DNA of 64,000 nt. Origin: Felis catus (lineage: Eukaryota). The notes beneath the pieces were generated by a model that was not told where the DNA came from, ran no database searches, and saw only the letters and a program-made list of their open reading frames with translations. How positions within the stretch are numbered: the stretch's first letter is position 1; the number at the start of each line of letters is the position of its first letter. This document shows positions 48,948-62,288 of the stretch, piece after piece. Both the position numbers and the translations under genes were made by a program. Location: contig NC_058368.1 of the NCBI RefSeq assembly GCF_018350175.1, positions 178,872,001-178,936,000 on the forward strand. The letters are read 5' to 3'.

Positions 48948-50339
48948 AATGTAGATCGTGGATGGGTAGATATGAAAAAATAGAAAGAGGTGAAAATAAT
49001 CATTGTCTCCTCTCCATCCTGTCTCTCTCTGTAACATTATCCTATTTTACCTTCTCTATAGCACTTTTCACAATATTAAATTAATTTATGTACATGTTTA
49101 TTTACCCTTTATTTTTAAAAAAGTATTCAGAATCCCCCTATCAAATGTAAGCTCCATATGACTGGGAACCTTATCTGTACTGTTACTCGCATATTCCCCG
49201 GAGCCCAGGCCATAACAGACAAAGGGCTATTTGTTTAGGTGAATGAATAAAAGGAGCTATCAGGTAGAATTTCACACCTAGATTTTGAACCAGAAAGTAA
49301 GGCAGGTGTACTATCCAGTGGTGGTCCACTTCTTCTTCTGGGGCCTTACAAGAAGAACTCTCTGGGTCTCCCAAGAATGGGGTCAGTCCCAGGGGGAAAG
49401 GTCTAGGGGAACAAAAATGGCATCTGCTGACCTTGCTTCTAAGAGCAATTGCAATGACCACCCCTGTCCCCACCAGGGCATAGCTTTTCAGAATGCTCAT
49501 GGTGTGGCATTTATTTTTTATTTATGAAATGCTTGTGTGCTCATGCCAACCTAGCAGGCACTATGACACACAAGGACCCATTCCTGTTCGTCTCCACCAG
49601 ATAACAGGCAATATGAAGAACAATGCATGCATGCTGACAGCTGGCCAGCCCCTCCCCACAAAACAAATGCACTTATTGTTATGGTTTTATCGTAGTTGGA
49701 AATCTTCAGCTCCAGTTTTAGAGGGAGAAATAAGAAATAACGAAACAAAAAGGAGGCAGTTTTATATGGAGGGTCAGATAAGCCCAGGTTCCAGGGAAGA
49801 CAGACCTGAATCCCAAACAAGATAATCATGAATTAGTTGAGTGGCCCCAGGCAGGATGAATCTGAGCTCTGCTTTCCTGTCTGTAAAAAGGGGGTAATGA
49901 AATCTACCTTAGAAGGTGGTGGCGAGGCTAATGGATGAGAAAGCGTGTAGCCCAGTGCTTGGCACTCAGCCCGGGCACCATCAATGAATGCCAATTCCCT
50001 CCTTGTTCCCCTTAGAAAATGCTCCCTCTTATTCCAAGATGCACCTCCTCTTCCTAATCATGGCCCAATTCATTAATTCAAGTGGGTTCCCAGTGACGGT
50101 ACTGGGTAGTGTGTCAGTTCAAAGTATAGGTTCTGCTAGCAGACTGCCCTGGTTCAACTCATGGCTCTGTCACTCATTTGGTGTGTGACCTTGGAAGTCT
50201 GAACTTCAGGTTCTGCAGTTCTACACGGGAACAATTCTAGGAACTCAGCAGAGCTATGTGAGAATGAAGTGGATGTTGCACAAAAGACATTAGAACTGTA
50301 CCAAGAACATCATAAATGCTCCAGTATTAGTGTACTCAG

Positions 50340-50786
50340 TAGTCCACTCTGCCCCCTCTGGCCTTCGTTCTGTCCCTCCAACATGGCTGAACTCCCTCCT
50401 GACTCAGAGCCTTTGCCTATGCTGTTCCCTCTGCCTGGAACACTGTGCCTCCAGATCTCTGCATAGCTGGCTCTATCTCAATATATAGGTCCCAGCCCGA
50501 AGACCTTTTCCATAGTGAGATCTGTGCTGCCCACTCAATCTCTATTAGCTTCCCTCAAATAGGACATTGTTGATGAGGAAGTCCTATTGTATGATTTTCA
50601 GAACACTCAGTATCATCTGAAATTATTTTTCCTGTTTGGTTTGCTCATTTATTGTCTCTCCCCACCCCACCAGAATGTAGCTCCGTGAGAGCAGAAACCA
50701 GCCAGTCTTACTTCTTGAAATAGTGTCTGATGTATAGCAAGTCCTGAAGAAGTGAATGGATGGATGAACTAATGGGTGAATGAATG
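50340..50786 (+). mobile_element. L2 3' end
   Basis: ctcagagcctttgc...gctgttccctctgcctggaacact...cagaatgtagctccgtgagagcag...gaatggatggatgaa. Confidence 0.8.
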
Positions 50787-51749
50787 GCTATACCTCCAGT
50801 TGAGAGAGTGAGCTGGGACATCTGGCTCTTTGCAGTACTTTGTTGGGCTTCTGCTCACCTGATGCCCAATACAGAAGCTGTGCTAAAGGCCAATTGCTAA
50901 AACTCTCCTGCACTTTCCTCCAGATATGAAAAACAGCTTAATGATAGACTTAATAGATAAAAATAAAGATAAAAGTGCTAAAGATAGATCCTGGGAGAGA
51001 CCTCTGAGACATCCTGTGACTGATCCCCCTCAATCACCCCACTAGAGGAGCTCACACATCTCATCCCTCAGATTCCTGCCTCCTGATGCACCAGGCTGGG
51101 CTGGATGTGGTTGGGTGGGGCACTACTGCCTTCACTGGCCCCTTCCAGAATGATACTGGTGGCTGGAGGCCTCCTCTTCTTTTCAAGTGACCTGAAACTT
51201 GGGACCCTTTCTCCCTCAAGGGCAGAAAGACGGCTAAATTTCACCTTCCTCACATTTGTTGCTGCTGAGATCACCTGTGGAATAATCTGGGCCTCTTGGG
51301 TAAACACAGGTTTGGCTCTGAAGAACCTCATTCAGCTGATGGTTTGTGAAAGGAAGGTGGGTAGCAGAGGAGGGAGGTCATGGGCTGTTGCGCCATGGAG
51401 TCTGGCTGGCCCGGGGTGTGTGTCTTCCTCGAGCCAGCAACGTGGGGGACGTTCACCTTTCTGGAAAAGAACCACATCAATATTCTGGATGACTCTTACA
51501 CAAGTAAAGACAAGTCTTGGGGCTAAAAGCCAGGAAAAAAAATCAGGCCACACAAAGGACCGAGGCCTTGGAAAAATCAAAATAATAAGCAAAAACCAGA
51601 GGTACTGGCTTCTGGAGAAAAACCTTGGGGCTATACTTCCACAGGGAAGTATTCTACAGGCTGGAAGAATGAGTGATTTCCAAGTGGGAGGGATACACCC
51701 ACAATCCTTTCTTCTTAGTGTACACATAGAGAGGCTGCTGACACAGCCC

Positions 51750-51940
51750 AGCCAGTCATTAATTGAGGGCCATGGGCAACCTACTTCACTTCTCCGAGCC
51801 TCAATTTTCTCACCTCTGAAATGGGGACAAGAATACCTTAGGGAAAGAACTCTTAGGAAGATCAAATGAGACATGATACAAAATGCTTAGCACCATCTGG
51901 GCACAGAGCAGAAGCTCAATTAATGGCACTGTTTATTATC
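51750..51940 (+). mobile_element. MIR
   Basis: cttcacttctccgagcctcaattttctcacctctgaaatgggga...aggaagatcaaatgaga...tgcttagcac. Confidence 0.8.
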
Positions 51941-53530
51941 ATTTTGGTTGAGGTTATTCCCACCAAATTTTTACTCTAAGACTCAGAGTTCAATTATATT
52001 CTATCCTACCCTCCTGATCTTTCTGCACAAAATGCCGTATCTTCTCTAACTGGAGGAGGGAAAAGAACTACCTTTCATGATGTACCTGTTATGGCATTGA
52101 CCCACCGCATGGATGATAACACAACCCCAGAGAGGTGAAGTTACTTTCCCAAGGCCACAGAGCCAGTAAGTGGCAGAGCCAGGGCTGTTTGGTTTTAAAC
52201 CCATACCTTTTGAACCATGCCGAAGGATTCTTCCTGGGTCAGGAGGAAGAGAAAGGAACTATATCATATTCCCTAATCTGGGAACAGAGGCTCTTCATGG
52301 TTGCAAATGCTCTTTTGTCCTAATCTTGTCAAGAAGGAACTCTGAAGTTGTAATATGGATCTAAATCCTTCTAGAGTTATTTGCCAGCCATTCTCAGGGG
52401 AGACAGACCCCAGAGAGGAGGTCTGAAAGGAAAGAAAATTAGAACATTTGGCAGATGGAGATAGGGCAATGAGACAAGACATCTGGGAAGTGAAGTGTTC
52501 CAAACGAATGGCGCCCACTGGGCTGACTGAGGAGGGAGGCTTCTTCCCACTGAGATCACTCAACTTCTGCATCATCACAGCCAATACTGCAAGGGGCTCC
52601 CAAGGCTGCTCAGAAGGGGCATGAATACTAGTGTGGATGATAGCTCCCCAGTGCCTTTATAAACCTGTTTGTTCATTTAATCCTCCCAACCATTATAAAG
52701 CGGGTATTGTTGTCCCCATCTCACAGATAAGGAGACTGAGGTTCAAGCTGGTGAAATGCTCCCTCAAGGTCATTTGGGTCTAGCACTTTGTAAGGGCTAG
52801 AGCTGGAATTCCATGAAGGCTGGGCAGGGGGTGGGGTTTCAAAGCCTGGCTGGTCCTCACTACACATGCTTGTTTGTTCTCCCTTTCTCCAAACCTCCAT
52901 ATTCCCACCAGCCCCACTTTTAGGGTCCTTGCCTGCTGCTTGTCACTGGGGCAGGGCAAGACCACTGCTGCCATGCTCTATTTCTGATAATACTTCTTGC
53001 TTAGCAGAAAATGCCCTGCCTGCCTTGAAGGGCCAGCCTGCTTTGTTCTAAGGTGCCAGCCACAACATTCTCATTACCTTTCAGACACTTCTCCATGCAG
53101 GCAGAATATCAGGTAGTCAAGGGCTCACCAGATTTCCAGGTTACATAAAATCAGGGTCCTCTGTCAGGGCCTCTGGCATGTTGTTTCACCTCTGTGCCTC
53201 ATTTTTCTGTTCTGTCAAATGGTCCATTTTGAGGACCACTGCAACAGTGAGAGCTACATGACATCATCTGGGTAAAGTGCTCAGCCCTGACCTGGCACAT
53301 GGAGAGTGCTTTATAAATGCTAGTTATTAACCCATAGACCTGAAGCATATAGAAGTGTGCTAAGTCAGAACACTCTTGGAAGCCAGTTAGTCTCTAATTC
53401 TCCCACTTTACAGAGATGGTGCATAAGGCCCCCAAAAGTAAGGCAACTTTTCTAAGTTTTCACAGCAAGGGGCAGTGATGACTTAGAACCAGTTCTTCTC
53501 ATTCCCAAGCATGTGCCCCTCACTCCAGGA

Positions 53531-53712
53531 TAGAGGTCCTCAAGCATAACAAGCTTTAGTGTCACCTGAAGGCAGGCTAAAACAGAGTTCTGGGCCCACC
53601 TCACAGGTTCCAGTTCAGTAGGTGTGGGTGGGGCCTGATAATGTGTATTTCTATCAAGCTTCCAGGCGATGCTGATTCTGTAGGTCCTGAAACTCTACCT
53701 TGAGAACCATTG
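53531..53712 (-). mobile_element. MER5A
   Basis: ctgggcccacc...ttcagtaggtgtgggtggggcctga...tttctatcaagcttccaggcgatgctgat...ttgagaaccattg. Confidence 0.85.
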
Positions 53713-53715
53713 TCA

Positions 53716-54042
53716 TAGAGTCTGCAAACTCTAATGTCTGGGGGAGGCCAGGCAGGTAGTTAATGTAATATGTGAGCTAGGATCTGAAGGCAACTGAAAA
53801 TTATTGCCAGGCCTTGTGGGAATAACCACTACTCCACATGAGATGGGTCTTGTCTAGATATGTGGATCCTTTGTATCCAGATCTTCCGTTTTCTTAAAAG
53901 AAGCCATAAGTATGTCCTTTTTAATGTGAAAACTCCTAGCATTTAAATATTAGCATGTAGTTCACATTTAAAAAAGTATTTGAGCCAAGAAATTACATCC
54001 ATGTGTGGAATTTGATCCATAGGCCACAAGTTGAGGAACTCA
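53716..54042 (+). mobile_element. MER102-like hAT-Charlie element
   Basis: gcaaactctaatgtc...ggccaggcaggta...ccagatcttccgttttcttaaaagaagcc...tttaatgtgaaaactcc...atttaaatattagca. Confidence 0.7.
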
Positions 54043-55599
54043 GTGTTGCCCAGGATCTGAGTGTGGAACCAACCCTACATACAGCTGCTGCTTATTTGGC
54101 AGAAGAAATATAATCCAGAAAATCATGGTTTGCCCCAAAAGGGAATGTGCCAATGAATATTTTAAAATCTATTCATCTGATTCACATTCCTGAGGCATTC
54201 TCCAAAGCTGAAACTCAGCTTCATGTAGGTATATTACAAAGCAGGGCATTTGATCTGGATGCGGGGAAAATTCTAGTTAACCCCCCATTTTATGGAGTAG
54301 AGAAGCTTCAGGGGGCATTCCAAGCTGTGCAGACTCATCCAGCTCATCCTGGAACATTCCTATATTTATTTATCTCTCTTTTTTTTGGCTATTGTTATTA
54401 ACAATGTTTGTTGTATGTATATGATTTGCTAGAAATTTTACATATAGTGTCTCATTTAACCTGAATAATATTGTGAAGAAAGTGTTATTATCCCGGTACT
54501 TCAGCTGAAATAAGCAAACCTATACTTAGAGAGAACCCCTATAGTGGTCAATTATGGAGGAAAAGCTTACACCAGGTCTTGAGAGCATTAAAGACCGTTA
54601 AACTTCCAGTAGGTTGATTGATGGTTTAACTGGCTCCTGAGCCCTGTAGTGTCCCGTATGTAAAGGTCAAGGACTATCTTATATTTCCCTGTATCCCTTA
54701 TAGGGCCAAAGTCAGACCCTACCCACCTCATATCCTAAATGCATAAAAGTTTCAGCTAGTGAAACTGGCACCATCTTGGAGAAAAATTCCTCCTCATCAT
54801 CAGAGGGGGGACTCGGGAGAGAAAATTACAGTTTTCTGTAAAATATGGAAATAGATGCTTACAAACAAGTTCAAATTTATGATAATTTCCTGATACCTCA
54901 AGACATCTCACTCGAACATCTGTGTAGTTCATGGACGAGTGCATGAACTGTTGCTAATCAGAAATGAATTGTGCCAATTCCACAGACCCATGTTTCTTGC
55001 ATTTCCAGATTTTTCCCCTTCAAGCTAGTCTCCTTCTAAGTTAATTAGACCACGATAGAGGCATGGATACCCTTCCATGAATCATAGTAGGCAGAAATCA
55101 CTGGCGGAGAGAGAATAGACCAAGGAAAATAGTATTTTTCTTGCCTTGACAGTTGATTCTTTAACTCTCTTCTCCACCACCCATACACACACAGCCATAA
55201 ATAAGATACACTACAGACTTTCTCAGGTGTCAACATCTTAATGAGTGAATCTGCTTTCTGACACTTTGCAAAAGGTCAATAAAGGAAAAAGAAATTAGAC
55301 ACAGGCCTGCATCATTCTCATGTGGAAGTTACTCCATTCACACTAACAGCAGCAGTGGAATTGTTATTTTGCAACTGTAGAACAGATGTGAAGCCCAAAT
55401 GATATGGTAGAGTTTTACTTTTGAATGGTGCATATTTTTAAATTGGGGGAAAGGATGGGGTTTGACATTTATGGGTGACAGAGTTCCTGTTGCAAAGCGA
55501 CCCTGCTGTTAAGCTTAAGCTGAAACAGGCAGCCTTGGAGAAGGGGGGCTCTGTTCTGGAGGGACCTGTCCCCATCCCATCCCTCCAACCTGGAGACAG

Positions 55600-56411
55600 C
55601 TCATAGCATGACATGTCTGCTAGTTTCTCCAGTCTGTTTTCCACACCATCATCACAGTGATTTTTTCTGACCCAAACAGAATCGGGTCATGTCCTGCTGA
55701 AAGGCGCTTCAATGGTACCCACAACTCTTAGGATGAAGTCCTGAATCCTTAAAGTAGCCTAGGCTTTCTTCCTGGTCTGATCCTCCCTTCCCCCATCATG
55801 TATCACGCCCCTTGCACAATCCATTCCAGCTCAAGGGTCCTCAAATAGCCACTTGCCCTTGCTCCACAGGGCCTATGCACCTGCAGTGACCTGTGTCTGG
55901 AACACTGTGTCGCTCTACCTGCCCTCTGCAGGCTTCCAACCTCAGGCTGTCCAGACCTCCCAGACAAGGACTCCTTGCCATGTCCTCTCCTTGCACCACA
56001 CACTCTTCCTTCAAAGCACTTCTTCAGTTTTTAATGAAAGACTTGTTTGTGGGTGCCCTGATTGATAGCTGCCTACCCCACTGTCCGTGAGGACAGGCTC
56101 TATATCTGTTTCTGCTCACCTCTGAATACTTAGACTTAGCATGGATCAAGGGTCCTCATCCTCAGCACTACTGACATTTGAGACTGGGTAATGCTTCACT
56201 GGAGTAGGAAGGGCAGTCTTGTGCATTGTAGGATAAGCAGGAGCAGCCTTGGCCTCTCCCCACTAGATGCCAGAAACAATTCCCAACTTGGGAAAAACAA
56301 AAATGTCTCCAGATGATGTTCAATTTTCCCTTGGGGGGAGTAGGGAGGCAAAGTCACCCCCAGTTGAGAATCACTGGATTAGAGCCTGGCACACAGTTGG
56401 CACTTAATAAA
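55600..56411 (+). mobile_element. L2 3' region, interrupted by MER20
   Basis: cacagggcctatgcacctgc...tctggaacac...ccgtgaggacagg...agagcctggcacacagttggcacttaataaa. Confidence 0.75.
56147..56376 (-). mobile_element. MER20 inserted in an L2 3' end
   Basis: cctcagcactactgacattt...gtgcattgtagg...cccactagatgccag...aaaaatgtctccaga...cccagttgagaatcactg. Confidence 0.85.
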
Positions 56412-57920
56412 GGCCCACTTACTTTCCAAAGCCCTTTTTATTTCCTTTTGTAAAGCAGGAGGTCCCTCTCTAAAAATCAGTGGAATGCTAATACAGAAAA
56501 CAGTGGAACAGGTGCTGCTTCAGCAGATGGATGGGGATCCTGGGACCCACCTACTCACCCCTCTCCGCACTGCAGCGGTCCCCAGGGCTCTAGAAAACGT
56601 CCAGGGGGATGGGGGCAAATAGGTTTGGGGGTAAAAACAAAAGATGACTCTGCCAGCTAACCTGCGCAAGTCACTTAAATGCCCAGAGCCTCCATTTTTC
56701 CATCTGTAACTGGGAAATGAAAGTCTCTACCTTACGGGTTTTTTGGTAAAGGAAATAAGTTAAAGTGAGCAAAGAATCTTGTACTGTCTGACGCATAGGA
56801 GGAGCTAACAAGTATAGGGTGACTTTTTTTTTTCCTGTTTCTTATATCCTTCAGGGGCCTTAACAGAGAGCTCAGTCGCTTACAAGAACTTTAAGCATCT
56901 TATTAATTTTATATGAAAACAAATATTTGGACATGGGAGATCCCTGAAAGAACCGTTTATTTTTATGCAAAAAAAAAAAAAAAAAAAGAAAAGAAAAACA
57001 AAAGACTTGTTTAAAGTGGCAGTTGTGGTAGCTCTGTAAATAAATATTCCTTGAATGATTGTAAGCATTAGGGGGGGCAGTTCGCCCCTGCAGGGTAACT
57101 TCCATGGCCAGAGGATTATAGGGACACAATACAGGTTAGCTTCAAAATGTACAATCTCAGAATTTTAGTCAGCTTGCATTTTCACTATATGACCCACCGC
57201 ACCTGGAGGTGATGACCCTGGTGATGCCACCAACCGCCATGCTGTAAAGGGCAGGAGAAGTTGGTTTGGAAGATGAGGAACAGAGACAGAACAGTTCTCC
57301 AAGTTCAGGTGAATGGACAAAGGGGCCCACCACTCGGGTGAGAGAAGAAAGATTGCATTTCAATGTTCTTAGTGACCATGGGTAACATGGGTGGCATGCC
57401 TGATGCCTGCTGAATTCCAGACCCCAGTTGTCCAGGGGTAACGAGGCACAGAAAAATCATGCCCTTGAGCCAATTACCATCCAGTAGAGGCGCTACTGTT
57501 GGGCGAAAGTGTTATATACAGGAAGTAAATATAAGGGAGTTTAGAAGAACGGATAAAAAAAATAACAAGTCATCTTTCTTCATCTGAAAAAATAATTATA
57601 ATATCTACCTCATAGGGTTGCTGTGGGTATTGAGTTGATATATAGAAAGAGCTTAGAACAGGGTCTGCCACATAGTAAGTACTCAGCAGATGTTTCTATC
57701 ATCATTAACCCTTTACTGAACACTTACTATGTGCTGAGCACAAATAAGCATGTTACCTCACCTCATTCTCACAGCCTCAGAAGACAGGCTTTGTATTATC
57801 TCCATTTTACATTTAAGGAAACCATAGATCAGGAAGGTGAGAAAGATCTACCCAAGGTGAGAAAGATCTATCCAAGGTCAGGCACCCTAGCAACATTGAT
57901 CCAGGAAGCAAACCCAAATC

Positions 57921-58379
57921 TAGGGCTTGGCAAAAGTGTTCATAAAGGGTCAGATTTTTCTTTTCTTTATTTTTTTTAATTTTTTGAAAATTTTAATGTT
58001 TATTTGTTTTTGAGAGAGACAGACAGAGCACAAGTGGGGGAAGGGCAGAGAGAGTGGGAGACACAGAATCTGAAGCAGGCTTCAGGCTCCAAACTGTCAG
58101 CACAGAGCCCAACACGGAGCTTGAACCCACACACCATGAGATCATGACCTGAGCTGAAGTCAGACGCTTACCGCCCGAGCCACCCAGGTGTCCCAAGGGT
58201 CAGATTTTTCTTAAACAGATAATGCATTTTTAGGTTTTGCAGGCCATAAAGTCTCCACTGCAGCTCTTCAACTCTTCCATTGTAATGTGAAAGCAGTCAT
58301 AAACAATAAGTAAACTAATGGGCATGGCTGTATTCCAATAAAACTTTATTGACAAAATCAGGTAGTTTGCTGGCTCCTC
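57921..58379 (+). mobile_element. MER58A, interrupted by a Can-SINE
   Basis: ggcaaa...aaagggtcagat [SINE] ...ttaggttttgcaggccata...tcaactct...gtgaaagcagtcataaacaat...gggcatggctgtattccaataaaactttatt...gtagtttgc. Confidence 0.88.
57963..58194 (-). mobile_element. Can-SINE inserted into a MER58A
   Basis: Reverse SINE body with perfect 18-bp TSD aagggtcagatttttctt at 57945-57962 and 58195-58212. Confidence 0.96.
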
Positions 58380-61300
58380 TAAATCACTGCCACATACAGT
58401 CTCTCAAAAGATGTCTGCCAGCTGAAGATAACAACAAGAGCTGTCAAGACTGATTTAGGTCAAAGAATGTAGGCTGGGGTACTGCCTTGGAGATTCCCCT
58501 GACCATAAGCTAGCCAGCCCCTACCAACTCACTAAATACTACCCCTCTCCTCCCAGAGGGTCTAAGTCACAGTGTTTGCAAAGCTGTGGCAAGCGAAGCG
58601 GTGGAAGAGCTAATCCATGATGGAGAAGCTTTGTTTGATTTTTCTCTAAGTATATTTGAATTATTAAGTGTCTTGCTCATTAAGTGAAGGGTGCTGTTAT
58701 AATTCTATCACTAGAGACAAAATTGCCATTTAAATTGAGTTTTGCCAATTTAGCTAATTTAGTAAGTGGGCATTGCCACATCTTAATTATTATCCTCTGA
58801 TTACAGATTATTCATGGGGATGATGCAGTGTTGGTGCACCAAATCTATAGGCTGGAGTGCATGCACCTTCCTTGGAAGGTCGTCCACTCTGGGAAGTGCT
58901 CTACCCTGTAGTGAACGGGTAGCCAGGCCGGTTTCTCCAGTGATGTCCAATTATTTACTAATTAATAAAGAAAAGAATGACCAATAATGACCACGATAAA
59001 GACCTACTGATTCTGTCTCCTTAACAAGACACACAGAATAGTTATCGTTATTCATTTTGATTATCTTGCAGTTGGCTATGTTTCCTTCTCTCGGCTCTAG
59101 GTCTGCTATTGACTAGCAGTGAGACCTTTGACGAGTCACTTCACCTCCTGGTGCCTCAGTTTCCTCCCCTAAAATTGTCAGGCAAGTTCAGAGTTTTGGT
59201 GCAAAGCTGAGACTAGGGGGTGGGAAGAGAAGTGCCCTGAGCTTGCATGAGCCTCATTAATGTTGCCTTTTTAAATGCTCACTCTGGGCCCCTTCCTTGA
59301 AGCCCCCTGGCCCCAACTCTTGTAGAGGCACTGGCATTGCCTTCTGTATAAAATGATGTCTGACAGTGTTATCATTCTTGGGTCTCTTAAAAAACATTTT
59401 ATGCTTCTGGGGTTTGATTCTGTGCATATCGTCAAGATGTAGACATTGTTGATTTTGTTCTCTGTCTCCTGAAGGGCAGACAGGTGGTTTTGAAAATTTT
59501 CAGACAACTGGGGAACTAATTTGTTCTCATTTGCAAAAATACTTAGGAAACAGAAAAATACTTCCTTAAAGTTGTTTTTCCCCCAAGAAAAAAAATTTCT
59601 GCTAACTTCCTAAAGGGTAGCTGACTTGACTTGGCCTTTCATTAGTTGTGTTGAGAGGCATGAAACTACAGTCATGTAAGGATGTAGCTGATAGAGAATG
59701 GCTTTTTCTGTGTGCTCTGCTGAGTAAATGTCATTCCTAATTATTATTTACCTGTAGGACTTTTAAGCTATAATGTTTTGTTCTACCAGAAATGTCTGAT
59801 TTTTGATATTTTTAGAGAACCCGTTTTTCTCCTATGAAGTCAGTGTACTGTGCACAGTTTGACAAGTTTTAAGACAGAACGTAGCGGTTGGAACTCTAAG
59901 CAAAATAATACAGTAATGAAGGATGACTTCTCCGCATCTGCGATGTTCATCACTGCTCTACTATGAAGACCTTCATTTCACCGCTAAGTAGGTAGGACAT
60001 GATAAAGCACTGAATTCTCAACTAGCATATATTAATGTTCGCTTCTTAATGCAGTCTCCCAAACCTTGACCTGATACTCAAATGGCTGCTGTCCAAAGGC
60101 TCTAGTGGTTTTAGAATCCAAACTTCTCTGCTGAGCTGCCTTTCAGCATGTCAGACCTTGGTGACTGAGCACCAAAGAAAGGAAAGAGAGCTAGAACAAT
60201 CCAGTCCTCTGTGACGCTTTGGCAGGATCAGAAGGACATGCCTGACGTTCCGTTTTCCTACACTGTCATTGTGAGTCAAGATCCTCTTTGCTGATTTTAA
60301 ATTTTGATCCAATGATGTACAGGAGAGGGCATCTCTGCTGTGACTCATGGATTTTGGCTCTTCCAAGCTGTGTACAAATGCACTCAGAAACGGCAATAGT
60401 ACAGTGAACTGCAGACCATCCCTGTACGCTGTAGCTCCCTCCAATTACCAGGACTGTGCACACACAGTGCAGGCCAGTCCTGGAAACTCTGCCAATGTGT
60501 CTTCACCACTGCTTAGCAGCCTGCTCAATGGACTCCCTCTCCAGTGCTCTACCAGAAGTTCCCGAGATTAAGCTCCCTAATTTAAGCCAGTACGTAGGTG
60601 GATAAGATTCACATCTGGCTGATAGAGCATTAGCTTACTTCTGCCTAGTTCTTTCACCTCACAGACCACTTAATTTTTTTTAAATCAGACTTAATACTAA
60701 GGCTAGATGGTTAAAGTTGTTTTGGCAACATATCATATTATATTTTCCAATTTGTAGATGATGTGATAAAATGGCTGTATCACATAGATAATAATGGAGC
60801 TGATGATAATAATGGCATGATAACCAACATTCATCGAGTCATAAGCCTGTGAGCAACACTGTGCTAACATTTAGCATACACTATCACATTTCATACTCAT
60901 TAGTGCCTGATAGGCTGGATCTCAGAACTAGCTCCATCCTGGAAACAAGAGAGACAAGTCTTGGCAAGGTGAAGTGTCTTGCCCAAGGTCAGACAGCCAG
61001 GAAATAAAAAGCAGGATTTAGATCTAGGTATGCATGAATCTAATGTATGCAGTTAGCTTGGGAGAAGTGTGAATGCTGACAAGTGTTCGGTTCCTTGCCT
61101 GCCTGCATGCATTCTCCTCATATGACAGGTGCTGTGGTACCTTGCCCTTAAGGGTTTGTAAGTCAGTGGTGACAACACAGGGTGGTTTCAACTATGATGC
61201 ACTTCAGGGACAACTACCAGAGTACTCAGGAGGGGAATGTAAATCAGACCAGACCAAGGAAGTCTTACTCCCCGGGGAAAGATGGTGGAGGGAACTTGTC

Positions 61301-62130
61301 CCAAGGGATTTACAATTCTGTTCCTTTTCTACTAAATGAAAAATAAGGGAAGTGACACAGGCTTTGTTCTGGTTCCTGGTTACTGCCACCCCATATCCGG
61401 TATCTACTTGGTGCCCTGCCTCAGCACTTCTCAACCTTGGGGACACCCCACAGATGTGAGGTGAGCTACAAAGCAAATGCTAATCCATGCACAGCACAAA
61501 GGGAAGATTAGCGCTCTGTGCTCCACATGGTTAGGTCTAACATGGTTAAGCCTATTAGCCACAGACTGGTCAAGCTGAGTGAGGCAAAAGCAGGCAAGGT
61601 CCCTAAGTCAGCACCATTAGAGATGACACCAGAAGTATGGTCAGGAATCGTGGGTACACTTTGTTCATTCTTCTCAGTGATTACATCAAGTCTGGACTCC
61701 AGCCACCCCCATCAACTCCCTGCCTCGTCAATCTGCATGTTGAAGGAAATCCAAGAAGGGAATGCAAAAGATGGCGACTGCCTGGAAGTTGGGGAGGTGG
61801 GTGTCTGACCCCAAAGCTGCTTGAAGCCTCATATGGACAAGCACTCTGCAAGCATGCTATGGCCAAATTTCCAGAACAAAGGCCAGCAAGGCCCCTTGAC
61901 ATCCACATGTGTTGCCCCTTCTCATCAGGAATGAGACTGAATCAAAGGAAAGGACATGAGTTGAACTAGAGATGCATTGTTTCTGAAAGGTGGACAAACG
62001 AGCAGACTGCTTCCCCAGCTGAAAGTGGTATCAGTATTAAAATAAAACAAAGTACTGGATTCATTTATGCTGACTCCTGATGCTCAGGATAATGACTAAT
62101 TTACCAGAACAGGGAGAGCTGACCTCCAGC

Positions 62131-62288
62131 ACTGGCTCTCAACCTTTGCCTGCACATGAGAATTACCTGGGGATGCCCAGGCTGCAATACAACTAATGAA
62201 ATGGGATTGTTGCAGGTGGGACCCAGGTGCCAATATCTGCACAGCCCCCAGGTGATTCCAGTGTATAGTGAAGGTTGAGAGCCACGGT
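62131..62288. mobile_element. MER5-family DNA transposon
   Basis: Inverted ends ggctctcaacctt / aaggttgagagcc; internal gaattacctgggg and cccaggtgattcc. Confidence 0.75.

Noticed and set aside
51105..51874. Longest ORF (254 aa, +) with an overlapping 180-aa antisense ORF
   Set aside because: No recognisable protein family and no resemblance to DOCK2 or INSYN2B; the right-hand end (C-terminus of the + ORF, N-terminus of the - ORF) lies in a MIR (51750-51940). Consistent with chance open frames. PhyloCSF or Ribo-seq would be needed to revive it.
57481..57495. CTCF-like CCAGTAGAGGCGCTA
   Set aside because: One base short in the core spacing (consensus CCASYAGRKGGCR), so a poor match.
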